A stretch of 64,000 nucleotides of DNA, taken from IMG/VR virus record IMGVR_UViG_3300045922_001133, positions 1,996-65,995 of that record; one strand, given 5' to 3'. Positions 1 to 9,480 of this stretch are shown in pieces. The DNA comes from a virus. Every line of letters starts with the position of its first letter. The stretch's first letter is position 1. The translations under genes and the position numbers were made by a program. The notes beneath the pieces are model-generated. The model had not been told where the DNA came from, did no database searches, and was given only the letters and a program-made list of their open reading frames with translations.

Positions 1-1
1 G

Positions 2-316
2 CACGCCATCCTGCGCCTCGACCCAGCCGTGCTACAGCTTCTCCAGAAACTCAGGGGAGTCCTGAATGCAAAGCTCAAAGAAACAGGACGACAGGAGCTC
101 TTCCTCTCCGACGTCATCGCTCTCGTTGTCTCCGACGCCGTTGTCGCCAACGCCGGAGACATTCAAGAAGAGTCAGGAGCGCTGGGACTCCATCGCCTCG
201 CAGTTCAACTTGCCCCTCTCTTCGGAGCTGACGGGCTTGCCGCCAGTGGTCTTCCCAACGTTCCCGACGGTGCAGGAGCTCGCCGCTTCCGCCCAGCTCG
301 CATCGCCTGGCACTAG
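2..316 (+). CDS. 5'-truncated hypothetical protein (possible ribbon-helix-helix-like small DNA-binding protein)
   Basis: Frame open from base 2 to TAG at 314-316 (HAILRLDPAVLQLLQKL...ELFLSDVIALVVSDA), C/G-ending codons in the first half; overlaps the next ORF by about 250 nt. Confidence 0.35.
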   Translation, partial: HAILRLDPAVLQLLQKLRGVLNAKLKETGRQELFLSDVIALVVSDAVVANAGDIQEESGALGLHRLAVQLAPLFGADGLAASGLPNVPDGAGARRFRPARIAWH

Positions 317-665
317 GCCGACGGGGCTCTTCGAAGAGCTGCTGCAATCGCGGCCGGAGGCGATCTACATCGATATCCTCGACCACCCCGAGAAGTTCGA
401 GGACGGCGTGAAGGAGCTCGTCGAAGAGCTCGTCACCCACCGCCGCGAGCTCACCGCCCAGGAGCGCGAGCTCATGGACCGAGCGGTGCTCGACTTCCTC
501 GCGAAGCCGAAGGACCAGCCAGCGCCGAAGCCCATGCCGAAGAAGGTCGACGAGCGGGCCGAGATGGCCGAGGCGCTCGACGAGGAGCTCCGCGCGGAGA
601 TTGTCGAGCCGCCTGCCGCGGCAGCGGCGAACAACGGAGAGCCGCCCGCCTTCTGGTGGCTCTGA
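66..665 (+). CDS. hypothetical protein
   Basis: 199-aa ORF; strong GC3 bias from about codon 35 onward; ends next to a terminator hairpin. Confidence 0.55.
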   Translation: MQSSKKQDDRSSSSPTSSLSLSPTPLSPTPETFKKSQERWDSIASQFNLPLSSELTGLPPVVFPTFPTVQELAASAQLASPGTRPTGLFEELLQSRPEAIYIDILDHPEKFEDGVKELVEELVTHRRELTAQERELMDRAVLDFLAKPKDQPAPKPMPKKVDERAEMAEALDEELRAEIVEPPAAAAANNGEPPAFWWL

Positions 666-699
666 AAGAGAAACGCCCTCGGTGCTTCCACCGAGGGCG
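664..699 (-). terminator. intrinsic terminator closing the minus-strand late block
   Basis: Perfect 11-bp stem CGCCCTCGGTG/CACCGAGGGCG (674-684/689-699), 4-nt loop, followed on the minus strand by TTTCTCTTTC; lies between convergent genes. Confidence 0.8.
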
Positions 700-723
700 C
701 GCTCTACCGCAGGTCACCGGAGA

Positions 724-1413
724 TCAGACCGTCGGGTCGTATTCGTAGTAGACGGCGTAGTCGTTCGTGCCGTTGGGCGCCGTCGCCGGGGTGTACGAGC
801 TCTCGGCGGCGTTGAGCGTGCCGGTGGTGACCGCCGCGCCGGCAGCGACCTCGCGGATGATCACCGCGAGTCCTGCGCGCTCCTTCGGCTTCTTCGGCAG
901 GTACATCGCGCTACCGATACCGATCGAGACCGTCGCGTCGGTGCCATCGGCGGCCGGGTACTCGATCTTCTCGATGTCCGTCCAGAGCTTCGTGCCCGTC
1001 GCGACCGTGGCCGTCTGCGCGAGGGTCACAGTCTCGGTCTGAGGGACGCCATTCGGGCCCTTACCGGTGATCGTCGCCGTCGCCGGCGCGTCCGACGGCG
1101 TGCTGCCGCCGGTCGTGAAGGTGAGATTGCGCGGCTCGTTCGCGAGCGTCGTGAGCCCGCCCGAGAGTAGGTCGGCCTTCGTCAGTACCACCGGCGCAGC
1201 GACCGTCGCCGTAGCCGCCTTGAGCAGCTCAGCACCGGCAGCGGCCGGGTTGGTGAACTCGACGACGGCGATGGCGGCCATCGGCTCGAGCTCGTCGTTG
1301 ACGTCGTGGCGAAGGTCCGCGACCTCGCCCGCGACGCCACCGGACCCACGCAGAAGGTGAGGCTTCTGCGCGCGCTGCTTGCTCATCAAACCCGAACCCA
1401 CTGAAGTCGACAT
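724..1413 (-). CDS. putative virion structural protein (Thr/Ala-rich, beta-rich)
   Basis: Start placed at MSTSVGSG (GAGGA RBS upstream); 229 aa; last gene of the structural operon. Confidence 0.7.
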   Translation of the reverse strand: MSTSVGSGLMSKQRAQKPHLLRGSGGVAGEVADLRHDVNDELEPMAAIAVVEFTNPAAAGAELLKAATATVAAPVVLTKADLLSGGLTTLANEPRNLTFTTGGSTPSDAPATATITGKGPNGVPQTETVTLAQTATVATGTKLWTDIEKIEYPAADGTDATVSIGIGSAMYLPKKPKERAGLAVIIREVAAGAAVTTGTLNAAESSYTPATAPNGTNDYAVYYEYDPTV

Positions 1414-1423
1414 GGTGTCCTCA

Positions 1424-2557
1424 TTACATGAATGGCGTGCTGCGATCTGGCACACCGTACTGGTTTACCCCGTAGGCAGGAATAGCCCCACCTGCGTTGT
1501 ACTGAGCCGCGTGTGGCTCACGCCCGAGTATCTCGAGACCCTTCTTCGCGCCGGCGTGAAGGGCGTAGAGGCCCGCGGCGCCCGCGGCGATCGCAGGGAG
1601 CTTCCACTTCCACTTCCCATCAGCGAGACCGGTCCTCTGCCAGGCCTTCTGCAGATCGAACCCTTCCTCGCCGGGGGCTGAGGAACCGGCCGCGGCACCA
1701 CCAGGGGGCGCGGCCTGCGCCGGCGGCGGCGGCGGCGGCTGGACTTGCTGCGCCGCAAGAGCCTGGCGCGCCCGGGCGCGCGCCTCATCGATGGCTTTGC
1801 CCTCGTTCAGCATGCGCCGGGTGTTCCCCTGGAAGAAAGAGCCCCGCGTGAGCGGCTCATGAGGAAGGGGCGGGGGCTTGGGGGTGAGGGCGTCGAACTT
1901 GGCCTGCAACCGGCCCGCCGAAGTGAAGTTTCTCTTGATGTAGCTCTTTGCCTTCGAGAGCGACTGCCCCACCACCCCAGGTTTCTGGACTGGAGTGACG
2001 CCCATCTCCTTCGCCGCGCGCAGGAAGCGTGAAGTGGCACCAAAACCGCTCGCGGTCTGGGCCATGCTCTTCAGTCCCGTTCCGAATCCTTTGGCGACGT
2101 TACCGAGAACCTGGCCAATGCCAGCGTCCTTCTCGAGTGCGTAGTGCGCGAGATCGGAGCCGATTGCACTCGCCATCCGAACCATGCCCTCGTCCATACC
2201 GAGCGGGACGTCCTCACCCATGAGCTGCCGGGGGACGCCCTGGAGCGGCGCGCCGAGGCCCACGCCCTCGCCGCGCGCGGCCTGGAGCGCCAGCAGGATG
2301 AGGGGCATCCGGGTGTGCCGCGCGGCCTCGCGGACGGGGGCCATCTTCTGGTCCTCTATCATCCGGAAGATGTGGTTCATCCGCTCGGCCTGCGCCGAGA
2401 GCATCTCCTCGCGCAGGCGCGCGTTGCGCGCCCGGTTCGCCTCCAGGAGCCCAATCGCGAGGCGCGCAGCGAGCTCTTTCCCACCCGCGGCTTTCTCGAG
2501 GAGGACGTCCTCGTTGCCGAAGGCATGAAGCAGGCGGAGGTCGGGGAGGTTCTTCAT
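1424..2557 (-). CDS. hypothetical virion protein with EKxAG motifs and a hydrophobic C-terminal segment
   Basis: 377 aa; LLEKAAG, ALEKDAG; basic Gly-rich C-terminal half ending WKLPAIAAGAAGLYALH. Confidence 0.7.
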   Translation of the reverse strand: MKNLPDLRLLHAFGNEDVLLEKAAGGKELAARLAIGLLEANRARNARLREEMLSAQAERMNHIFRMIEDQKMAPVREAARHTRMPLILLALQAARGEGVGLGAPLQGVPRQLMGEDVPLGMDEGMVRMASAIGSDLAHYALEKDAGIGQVLGNVAKGFGTGLKSMAQTASGFGATSRFLRAAKEMGVTPVQKPGVVGQSLSKAKSYIKRNFTSAGRLQAKFDALTPKPPPLPHEPLTRGSFFQGNTRRMLNEGKAIDEARARARQALAAQQVQPPPPPPAQAAPPGGAAAGSSAPGEEGFDLQKAWQRTGLADGKWKWKLPAIAAGAAGLYALHAGAKKGLEILGREPHAAQYNAGGAIPAYGVNQYGVPDRSTPFM

Positions 2558-2913
2558 TCGTCGGGGTCGAACGGCGGCGGTTTCGTGAGCAGGAGGATGT
2601 TCTGCAGATGCTGGCGGGCTTCGTGCTGGGTGGCGTTGAGCGCGGCGAGCTCCGGGGACTCGGTGAAGGTGGCGAGGTTCAGCGGGGTCGGCGGGATCGA
2701 GGCGGCGCGCTCGATGAAGTCGTCGGTCAGCGCGGCGAAGGCACCGGAGTCGAGCTCGTCATCGGCGGGGTGTTCCTCCGCGGCTTCGAGCGCGACGAGG
2801 CCGTCGATCAGCGCTTCGTCGGTCCCGGGAACTCCCCGGAGGTCGTACGGCGAGAACTCATGGCTCGAAGCCAGCCTTCGATATGCCCCAGGGCGCGACT
2901 GATCTCTTGCCAT
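2554..2913 (-). CDS. hypothetical acidic protein
   Basis: 119 aa; 4-nt overlap with the downstream start; high GC3. Confidence 0.6.
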   Translation of the reverse strand: MARDQSRPGAYRRLASSHEFSPYDLRGVPGTDEALIDGLVALEAAEEHPADDELDSGAFAALTDDFIERAASIPPTPLNLATFTESPELAALNATQHEARQHLQNILLLTKPPPFDPDE

Positions 2914-3347
2914 TGTTCTTGCTGTCCCTTCACGTGCTGCGTGAACGTCTCGTTGAGTTTCTTGATGGCCTCTTCGCAGTTCTGAACCCGGGCCTGAAGA
3001 GCGAGGAAGTTCTCGGTCAGCTTGCTCGTGAGTCGACGCTCCTCCCTGCGTTCCTTCCCTCGCCCCCTCAGCTCGCTGTACAGCGAATCGAACTCTTCGT
3101 TGACGTCCTTCTTGAGATCCTCGATCAGCTTTCTCAGCGCACCAATGTCTTCAGGGTACTTCTTCTCGAGCCACTTCTCCGTGTGATTCTTGACCCAGTC
3201 CTCAGTCTTGGGGAGCCGTTCACGTTCGATGGTACGGAGCCGGTCTTCGAGGTTCTTGGTGACCTTCCAAATCGTGCCCGCAACGCCGCCGACGCCGGAC
3301 AGCACCGGCGGGACGATCTTCCATGCGAGCTCGATGAGACCGGACAC
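2808..3347 (-). CDS. membrane-anchored coiled-coil protein (possible lysis accessory)
   Basis: N-terminal hydrophobic segment LAWKIVPPVLSGVGGVAGTIW followed by long charged helices; 179 aa. Confidence 0.6.
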   Translation of the reverse strand: MSGLIELAWKIVPPVLSGVGGVAGTIWKVTKNLEDRLRTIERERLPKTEDWVKNHTEKWLEKKYPEDIGALRKLIEDLKKDVNEEFDSLYSELRGRGKERREERRLTSKLTENFLALQARVQNCEEAIKKLNETFTQHVKGQQEQWQEISRALGHIEGWLRAMSSRRTTSGEFPGPTKR

Positions 3348-3359
3348 TTCATGACTCCC

Positions 3360-3740
3360 TCAGCCAAGCAGCCACACGCGGACTCGGCCAGCTCCGGTGT
3401 ACGCAATGGACATCGAGGTGATGCCCGCCGAGGGTGTCGGCGAGCCGAAAGCGAAGAACCCGCCGGCCGAGAGCTCGACGGGCTTGTTGCCCCCGTTGAT
3501 GGTGACGTTGATCACGGGCGCGCCGACCGCGGGCTCGTAGACGACGAGCGCCGCCTTCGCGCCCGCCGCCGGCATCGTACCGAAGTCCACCGCCTGCGAT
3601 CCCGCTCCCGCCGGAAAGCTGAACTCGAACTCGGCCTTCGAGTCGTACTGGTTCGAGATGCCGAAGGGCAGCGGCTCGAACGAGAGCCCGGGGGCTCCCG
3701 GCAGGTTCAGCTTCCCGTCGATGGAGAACGGAGTGCTCAT
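3360..3740 (-). CDS. small beta-rich virion protein
   Basis: True start at MSTPFSIDGK (ATG overlaps the TGA of the tube gene); 126 aa; the longer track ORF 3360..4490 is a spurious extension. Confidence 0.7.
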   Translation of the reverse strand: MSTPFSIDGKLNLPGAPGLSFEPLPFGISNQYDSKAEFEFSFPAGAGSQAVDFGTMPAAGAKAALVVYEPAVGAPVINVTINGGNKPVELSAGGFFAFGSPTPSAGITSMSIAYTGAGRVRVWLLG

Positions 3741-4513
3741 CAGCCGACGAGGCCCGGGAAGGTGACGTTGGCGCCGCCGGCGTTGCCGCCGTTGTTGCTG
3801 CCGCTCGAGATGAGTGCGAGCGCGGCGACCTGCACCGGCACGCAGCGCTCGAACTGCACGGCGACCTGCTCCTGTATGAGGACGCCATGGCTGTCGGTCG
3901 CCCAGGTGTGGTTCGGCAGGTAGCAGGCCTCGAAGTACACCGCGCCCAGGGTCTCCTGGTTGACGTCGCGGATGTACATCAGCATGCCGACCGGCTGCGC
4001 GAACAGGTCGGAGGCGAGGTTGAGGTAGATGTTCTCGTACCCCGGCGGAATGACGACGTCGTGCGGGTTCGCCATGACCTTCGCGCCCGCGTTCGGGAAC
4101 ATCGCCGGCACCAGCGTCGGCGGCACGAGGTCCTGGTAGTAGGCGTACAGGATCCGCAGGAGCGAGCTCCCGTGGTAGTACACCCGCCCGAGACCGATCT
4201 GCCCGACCGTGCGGCCACCGATGAAGTAGCTGCGCTCCGACCCGATCTCGAAGAGGCGGGCGAAGTTGCGAGAGTGGCTGAGGGAGAAGTTCTGAACGAT
4301 GCCGATCGGGTAGACGATCTGGTTCGCTGCCTGCCCCGGTGCAGTCGCCCCGCCAATCGCGCCGGCAACCGCCGCCGCCCCACCGATGTTGGCGAGGCGC
4401 GGGGGACCGGCGGCGAGCAGCGTAAACCCCGCGTTGGCGTAGGCGCCGTCGACGAGGCCGCCCTGAACGTACCCCGTGTACGGGGACCAATCACTGAAAG
4501 TGCCGCCGGCCAT
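3740..4513 (-). CDS. putative tail tube protein
   Basis: 257 aa, directly downstream of the sheath; AAGGAG RBS; tube-like segments (SLSHSRNFARLFEIGS...; LGAVYFEACY...VLIQEQVAVQFER). Confidence 0.7.
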   Translation of the reverse strand: MAGGTFSDWSPYTGYVQGGLVDGAYANAGFTLLAAGPPRLANIGGAAAVAGAIGGATAPGQAANQIVYPIGIVQNFSLSHSRNFARLFEIGSERSYFIGGRTVGQIGLGRVYYHGSSLLRILYAYYQDLVPPTLVPAMFPNAGAKVMANPHDVVIPPGYENIYLNLASDLFAQPVGMLMYIRDVNQETLGAVYFEACYLPNHTWATDSHGVLIQEQVAVQFERCVPVQVAALALISSGSNNGGNAGGANVTFPGLVG

Positions 4514-4563
4514 GTAGTTCTCCTTCGAGTTTTTCTTCTTACGGTATCAGACCGAACCGGCCC

Positions 4564-7500
4564 TCAGATGACGAGGGTGAGGCGGATGTAGTTGCAGGGG
4601 TACGGGACATCGAGCGTGACGTCGATGAGCACCGTGTCCGGCGCGTTCTCGTCCTGCACGATGTTGTTCATGTTCGCGCCGATGAGGACGCCGATGTCGG
4701 TCAGGAACTGGAGCAGGCCCTGAACGACGTGCCCGAGGCTGTCGAGGAAGCCCTGGGTGATGTTGAACCGTCCGATGTAGTTCTTCAGGCCGCTGCGCAT
4801 GAACTTCGCGGTGAAGTCCACGACTTTCACGACCGAGTCCGTGCGGGTCTCGATCGAGGTCATGTCCGTCGTCAGCGCCATGCGTGACGTGAGGGGTGCG
4901 CCCTCGACGTCCTGCACGACGATGTAGTTGCCGCCGGCCGCGATGATGTTGAGCTGCTTCTCGGTGAAGTAGCCGTTCGAGCCGATGACCTTCGTGAACC
5001 CCGTCATCGGGAAGTTCGTGAAGGACTGCTGCGGCGGCTGCTGACCGATCATGCCCGCGATGGCCGCGCACAGGTAGAAGCCGTCGACCTCCTGCTCGAT
5101 ACCGCCGATGGTCGCCGCCGCCTTGTCCGGGACGATCGACCAGAAGCGGCGGTTCAGGAAGGACTGGCCGAGATCCTGGTAGGTCTCCGCGATGCCCTGC
5201 TTGTCGAGGGTGCCGTCGGGCTGTGCGAGCGATGCTCCGCGGACGCGCACCGCGAACGGCTCATTGATGAGCGCGCTCGGGAGGGGCGGGTCGTTGAAGT
5301 CGGTCGTCGCGTAGAACCCGTCGTCGTTCTCGCCCGCGGCGAAGGTCGTCCGGATGGTGACCTGGCTGCCGGAGATGGAGGCGATGGAATACCGCTTGTT
5401 GTCCGACGCGATGTCGATGAAGAGGCCCGAGGAGACGGGGATCGTCCCGACCGGGTTGATGCCGGCCGAGAGGACGAGCGCCGGGAGGTTCACGATGCCG
5501 GTGTCGAACACCGTGCCGCTCGAGCCGATCGTGTTGCCGCTGAGGCCCGACGCGACGAGCGTGTCGAGCTTCTTCGTGGGGGCGGAGAAGTTGAAGAGGC
5601 AGATGCGCTCTCCCTTCGCCGCCGGCGCGCTCATCGCGGTCACGTGGGTGTTGAATACCTGCGCGACCGCCTCGTCGTGGGTGAGCGGCGCGATCGCGTA
5701 GACCTCGTACGCCTCGAGGAACTCGGCGGCGCGGGTGAAGGCTTCGACCGTGCCGAACGGGGCGTCGGCGCTGATGGCGTCGACGCCGATGCCCTGGACC
5801 TGGCAGCCCGGCGCATTCTGGAGCGCGAACTGGAGGCCGAGCGCCAGCGGGTTGTTCACGTTCACCGGCGCGAGAAGGCTCTCGAGCTGGCTCGTGTTGT
5901 CGAGCTTCAGCAGGTTCGGATTCCGCGCGCGCGGCGAGACGTCCTGGCGGACCGCGCGGTACGACAGGTAGATCGGCGCCTTGCCCTCGAGCGGGTTGCC
6001 GATCGTGTCGCGGAGGAGGTCGTGCTTGAGCTGCGGGTCACCCTGGAGGTCGACCACGAGCTCGGGGTTCGGCCGCCCGCTGTTGCCCGGCGAGAGGTTC
6101 TTGGCGACCATCGTGAACTTGTCGCCGAGCGCGCTCGTGATCGGGATCTGCTTGTCGAGGCGGATGCGCGCGTTGTTGCCCCCGGGGGCGACCTGCGTGA
6201 TGCGCCCGACGAGCGAGCCGTCGACGTAGAAGTCGTCGCCCGACGCCGGCGGGAACCCGCCGCCGTTGAAGCGGAAGAACTCCCCGCGCTGGTTCACGTC
6301 GAAGCCGAGGAGGAAGGCCGCCTCGTTCGAGCTCGCGGCAACCACCCGGACGTACGCCTTCTGGCCCACCGCCGCGGTGCCATTGAGACGGATGCGGAGC
6401 GCGCCGGAGACGACCTCCGCGGTGCCGTTCGCGCCGAGGGTGGTGTTGAGGGAGGTCGCAACGTCGCTCGCCGTGCTGCCCCCGGTGAGGCCGGAGAAGG
6501 TGTGCTCGACGATCGTCCCGTTGAGGTCGACCCGGAGCTTCTTCGTGTTGAGCGCGGTGAAGTCCGGTGCGATGTCCGCGAGAAGCCGCTGCCCCGTGAC
6601 GCTCGGCACGAGGCCGAGGACCGGGAGAGCGGTGCCCTCGATGATCTTGAACGTGCTCTCCTCGCCGAGGATGTTGGAGGTGAGCACGAGCTGCTGGTTG
6701 CCGTTCGCCGTCGCCGTGAGCTGCCCGCCCCAGAACGCGTTGAGCTGGTCGAGGATCGCCGCCTGGTTCGCCGGCGCGTCGAAGACGAGGGTCTGCGGCT
6801 CGCGACCGTTGACGCTCATCTTCAGGGTCAGGCCGTCGAGGTCGCCCGGGAGGGTGAGGCTCGAGAGGTCGACGAGGCCGGTCACGACCGCCGCCGTGCC
6901 CGGCGCCGTGAGGTTGTAGCCGGTGAGCTCGACGAGCGGGGAGACCGCGTCGCCGTTGCCGTCGTCCACGACCTTGATGCCGCTAGCGCCGCTCGCGGTG
7001 TTGTTCGGCGCGGCGAAGCCGAGCGGGGTGACCGCGGTGCCACCGATGATCTCCACCTTCGAGGAGGCGCCCTGCGTCTTCGACGTGATGCGGAGACCCG
7101 TGGAGATGGAGCCGTAGACGCCGCCGAGCGCGTCGTTGAACTGCTGGACGAGCTCGTTTGCGGACTGCGGCTTGCCGAAGGTGACCGTGATCGGAGCGCC
7201 GCCGTCGAGCTTCACGAGGAGGGTCTTGTCGTCGACCGCGCCCGCGCCGTTGAGCGTGAGCCCGCCGATGCCGAGCGCGGCGTTCGCCGTGCCCGCGCCG
7301 ACCGAGATGACGTCGCCGACCGCGCCCGTGATCCGGAGGTTCGTCGCGTTGATCGACGCCGTGACGCCGGGCCACGTCGATTCGATCGCCGCGAGGAGCG
7401 CCGCCTGGTTGGCCGCGTTCGTCGTGCCGTCCAGAGTGAGCGTCGTCGAGATGCCGTTCCGGACGAGGATGATCGTGAGGCCGTCGAGTGTTCCGCCGCC

Positions 7501-8301
7501 GCCGTAGAGCGCGCTATCGGTCGCATCGGTGTTGCCGGTGAAGAAGGCAGCCGTCGCGTAGGTGAGGCCCGCGAGCGCGACCGCGCCCGTGAGCTGCGCG
7601 GCCGTCCCATTCCCACCGCGGCGGAGGTAGCTCTGCGTGCGCGAGAGCTCGACGAGGTTCGTTCCCGAGCCCATCCCGAGGAAGACGCGGATGGAGGAGG
7701 CCTCGATCGCGAGCTCGCTGAGGTTGCCCCGCGGGTCGGGGAAGGACGCCTGCGGGACCTTGAGGAAGTCCTGGTCGTAGGCGGTCGAGCCGACGAAGAC
7801 GTAGCCAGCGACGAAGCCGAACGCCGCGAGGACCGACGGCGAGGTGGCCGGGCGGACTTCGATCGTCTGGAACTCGCCGACGCCGACGCTCTTGATGCGA
7901 AAGCCGTCGCCGACGACCTCGGCCGTCGCCTCGGTGACACCCTGCGCGAGGAAGGCGGCGAGGATTTGCTCGACCACCGCCGCCGGCGTGAGCGTCGCGC
8001 CGTCGAAGGTGACGGTGACGTCGGGGCCGTTGTTGATGGAGAGCACCAGGTCGTCGCCGTCGATCCCGGCGTACTGCGCCGGGTTCCCCGTGGCGTCCGC
8101 CGCGTGAAGAATCGCCGGGAGCGAGATGAGAGCGTCCGTGTTGATCTGGTTCCCGCCGCCGTCTGCCGGAACCAGAACGTCCACGATCTGCTTGCACACG
8201 CCCACGACGCAAGGCACCAGGGTGGGCGTCACCACGGTCGGCGACGTCGACCGGAAAACCTGAATGACCTCGACTCCGGGACGCGGAAGTTCAGCCGCCA
8301 T
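4564..8301 (-). CDS. contractile tail sheath protein (very large, with repeated inserted domains)
   Basis: 1245 aa; N-terminal LPRPGVEVIQV and C-terminal APDTVLIDVTLDVPYPCNYIRLTL are typical sheath termini; AAAAAGGAG RBS; precedes the tube gene. Confidence 0.85.
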   Translation of the reverse strand: MAAELPRPGVEVIQVFRSTSPTVVTPTLVPCVVGVCKQIVDVLVPADGGGNQINTDALISLPAILHAADATGNPAQYAGIDGDDLVLSINNGPDVTVTFDGATLTPAAVVEQILAAFLAQGVTEATAEVVGDGFRIKSVGVGEFQTIEVRPATSPSVLAAFGFVAGYVFVGSTAYDQDFLKVPQASFPDPRGNLSELAIEASSIRVFLGMGSGTNLVELSRTQSYLRRGGNGTAAQLTGAVALAGLTYATAAFFTGNTDATDSALYGGGGTLDGLTIILVRNGISTTLTLDGTTNAANQAALLAAIESTWPGVTASINATNLRITGAVGDVISVGAGTANAALGIGGLTLNGAGAVDDKTLLVKLDGGAPITVTFGKPQSANELVQQFNDALGGVYGSISTGLRITSKTQGASSKVEIIGGTAVTPLGFAAPNNTASGASGIKVVDDGNGDAVSPLVELTGYNLTAPGTAAVVTGLVDLSSLTLPGDLDGLTLKMSVNGREPQTLVFDAPANQAAILDQLNAFWGGQLTATANGNQQLVLTSNILGEESTFKIIEGTALPVLGLVPSVTGQRLLADIAPDFTALNTKKLRVDLNGTIVEHTFSGLTGGSTASDVATSLNTTLGANGTAEVVSGALRIRLNGTAAVGQKAYVRVVAASSNEAAFLLGFDVNQRGEFFRFNGGGFPPASGDDFYVDGSLVGRITQVAPGGNNARIRLDKQIPITSALGDKFTMVAKNLSPGNSGRPNPELVVDLQGDPQLKHDLLRDTIGNPLEGKAPIYLSYRAVRQDVSPRARNPNLLKLDNTSQLESLLAPVNVNNPLALGLQFALQNAPGCQVQGIGVDAISADAPFGTVEAFTRAAEFLEAYEVYAIAPLTHDEAVAQVFNTHVTAMSAPAAKGERICLFNFSAPTKKLDTLVASGLSGNTIGSSGTVFDTGIVNLPALVLSAGINPVGTIPVSSGLFIDIASDNKRYSIASISGSQVTIRTTFAAGENDDGFYATTDFNDPPLPSALINEPFAVRVRGASLAQPDGTLDKQGIAETYQDLGQSFLNRRFWSIVPDKAAATIGGIEQEVDGFYLCAAIAGMIGQQPPQQSFTNFPMTGFTKVIGSNGYFTEKQLNIIAAGGNYIVVQDVEGAPLTSRMALTTDMTSIETRTDSVVKVVDFTAKFMRSGLKNYIGRFNITQGFLDSLGHVVQGLLQFLTDIGVLIGANMNNIVQDENAPDTVLIDVTLDVPYPCNYIRLTLVI

Positions 8302-8321
8302 CTGCTAGCTCCTTTTTCACT

Positions 8322-9206
8322 TCACACCTTGAACGATGTACTCGTGACGGCCGTAACCGGCGCATCCGATTGTTCCACGGTGCCCCTTTGAATGGGAAGT
8401 ACGCGTCCCCCCATCGAGGGAGGACGAAGCCCCGCGCGATACGGATGTGCGGGCCGAATTACAACCTGCTTCGCGGGATTCAGCGGGTGCGGCACCTTGT
8501 GTTCTTCCACCCCCGGAGCAGAAGTATCGACCTTGTGGCCGGTGACCGGGCCCTTGGAGAGAAAGGTCATGCCGCGCGCGCGAAGCGTGAAGCCGATCTG
8601 ATCGACGATCTCCTTGTTGAGTGGAGTGAAGACCGACGTCCGATGGAACTGGAAGGGCAGCGACGCGGTCGTGGCGTACCACTCATCAGCGCTGTCCGCG
8701 ACCACGAGCGAGCCCGCGGGCGACGGCGCGCCGACGACGAACTGCCGACCGATCTCGAAGAAGCCCGCCTTCATGAGCATCTCGCGGTGCATCCAGAGCT
8801 GCTCGGCGATGAGCCACGCGAGGTCTTCGCTCTCGACGTCGATGCGAGAGCAGACGTTCACGTTCATGATGCCGGAAATGAGGACCGACTTCTTCTTCTG
8901 CCCGGTCTCGAACTTGTAGTCGAGGAGGTCGTCGTGCCCGAGCGTATTCGACTGCACCGGGCCACGAGTGAAGTTCACCGCCGGGCGCTTGCCGACGACG
9001 TCGCCGTGGATGACGTTCTCGTCGGTGATGTAGATCTCCGTCTCATGCGGTACGGGGTGCCACCGATACGAGCCGGCGGGCGCGGCGGAGAAGAGCCCCT
9101 GGACGAAAGAGACGTATAGCGTGCGGACCTGACGAAGCGCGTGCGCCCGCCAGTCGTCCTGCGGGAAGTCACCCTCCGCGCGCGTCGTCTGAATCTTCGA
9201 GGACAT
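8322..9206 (-). CDS. putative tail completion/terminator protein
   Basis: 294 aa between the neck genes and the sheath; assignment by synteny. Confidence 0.45.
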   Translation of the reverse strand: MSSKIQTTRAEGDFPQDDWRAHALRQVRTLYVSFVQGLFSAAPAGSYRWHPVPHETEIYITDENVIHGDVVGKRPAVNFTRGPVQSNTLGHDDLLDYKFETGQKKKSVLISGIMNVNVCSRIDVESEDLAWLIAEQLWMHREMLMKAGFFEIGRQFVVGAPSPAGSLVVADSADEWYATTASLPFQFHRTSVFTPLNKEIVDQIGFTLRARGMTFLSKGPVTGHKVDTSAPGVEEHKVPHPLNPAKQVVIRPAHPYRAGLRPPSMGGRVLPIQRGTVEQSDAPVTAVTSTSFKV

Positions 9207-9480
9207 CCCGTATTGCCTTCTGCTCCCGGGCCTTGTGCATAGCGTACGCGATGCCTGCGCCCGTACCCAACAGGGGCGCCGCGAGGAGGAGGTAGTTCTT
9301 CGGGATGCTCTTGCCGGTGAGGCTGTTGTACGCCTTGTTCGCGAGGTACCCCGCGCCCATACCCGCAGCGGTGCCGGCGCCGTACGCCAGGGCGCCGCCT
9401 CCGATGATCTTCCCGAGCTCGAGGTACTTCTTCGCGTCGGCGATCTTGAGCAGCTCTTCGGCGAATCCGGGGTACATCAC
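9169..9480 (-). CDS. small glycine-zipper membrane protein
   Basis: 103 aa; FAEELLKIA leader, then two Gly/Ala-rich hydrophobic helices (GGGALAYGAGTAAGMGAG; LLLAAPLLGTGAGIAY). Confidence 0.7.
   Translation of the reverse strand: MMYPGFAEELLKIADAKKYLELGKIIGGGALAYGAGTAAGMGAGYLANKAYNSLTGKSIPKNYLLLAAPLLGTGAGIAYAMHKAREQKAIRDVLEDSDDARGG

Noticed and set aside
2808-2913. Programmed frameshift (tail chaperone type) or nested spanin at the 106-nt gene overlap
   Set aside because: No X-XXY-YYZ slippery site and no lipoprotein lipobox found by eye
5644-8391. 915-aa plus-strand ORF opposite the sheath, and similar long antisense ORFs (15789-17642, 26488-29535, 41453-43153, 60058-61413)
   Set aside because: Shadow frames produced by strong GC3 bias of the real gene on the other strand; Arg/Val/Gly-rich with no motifs
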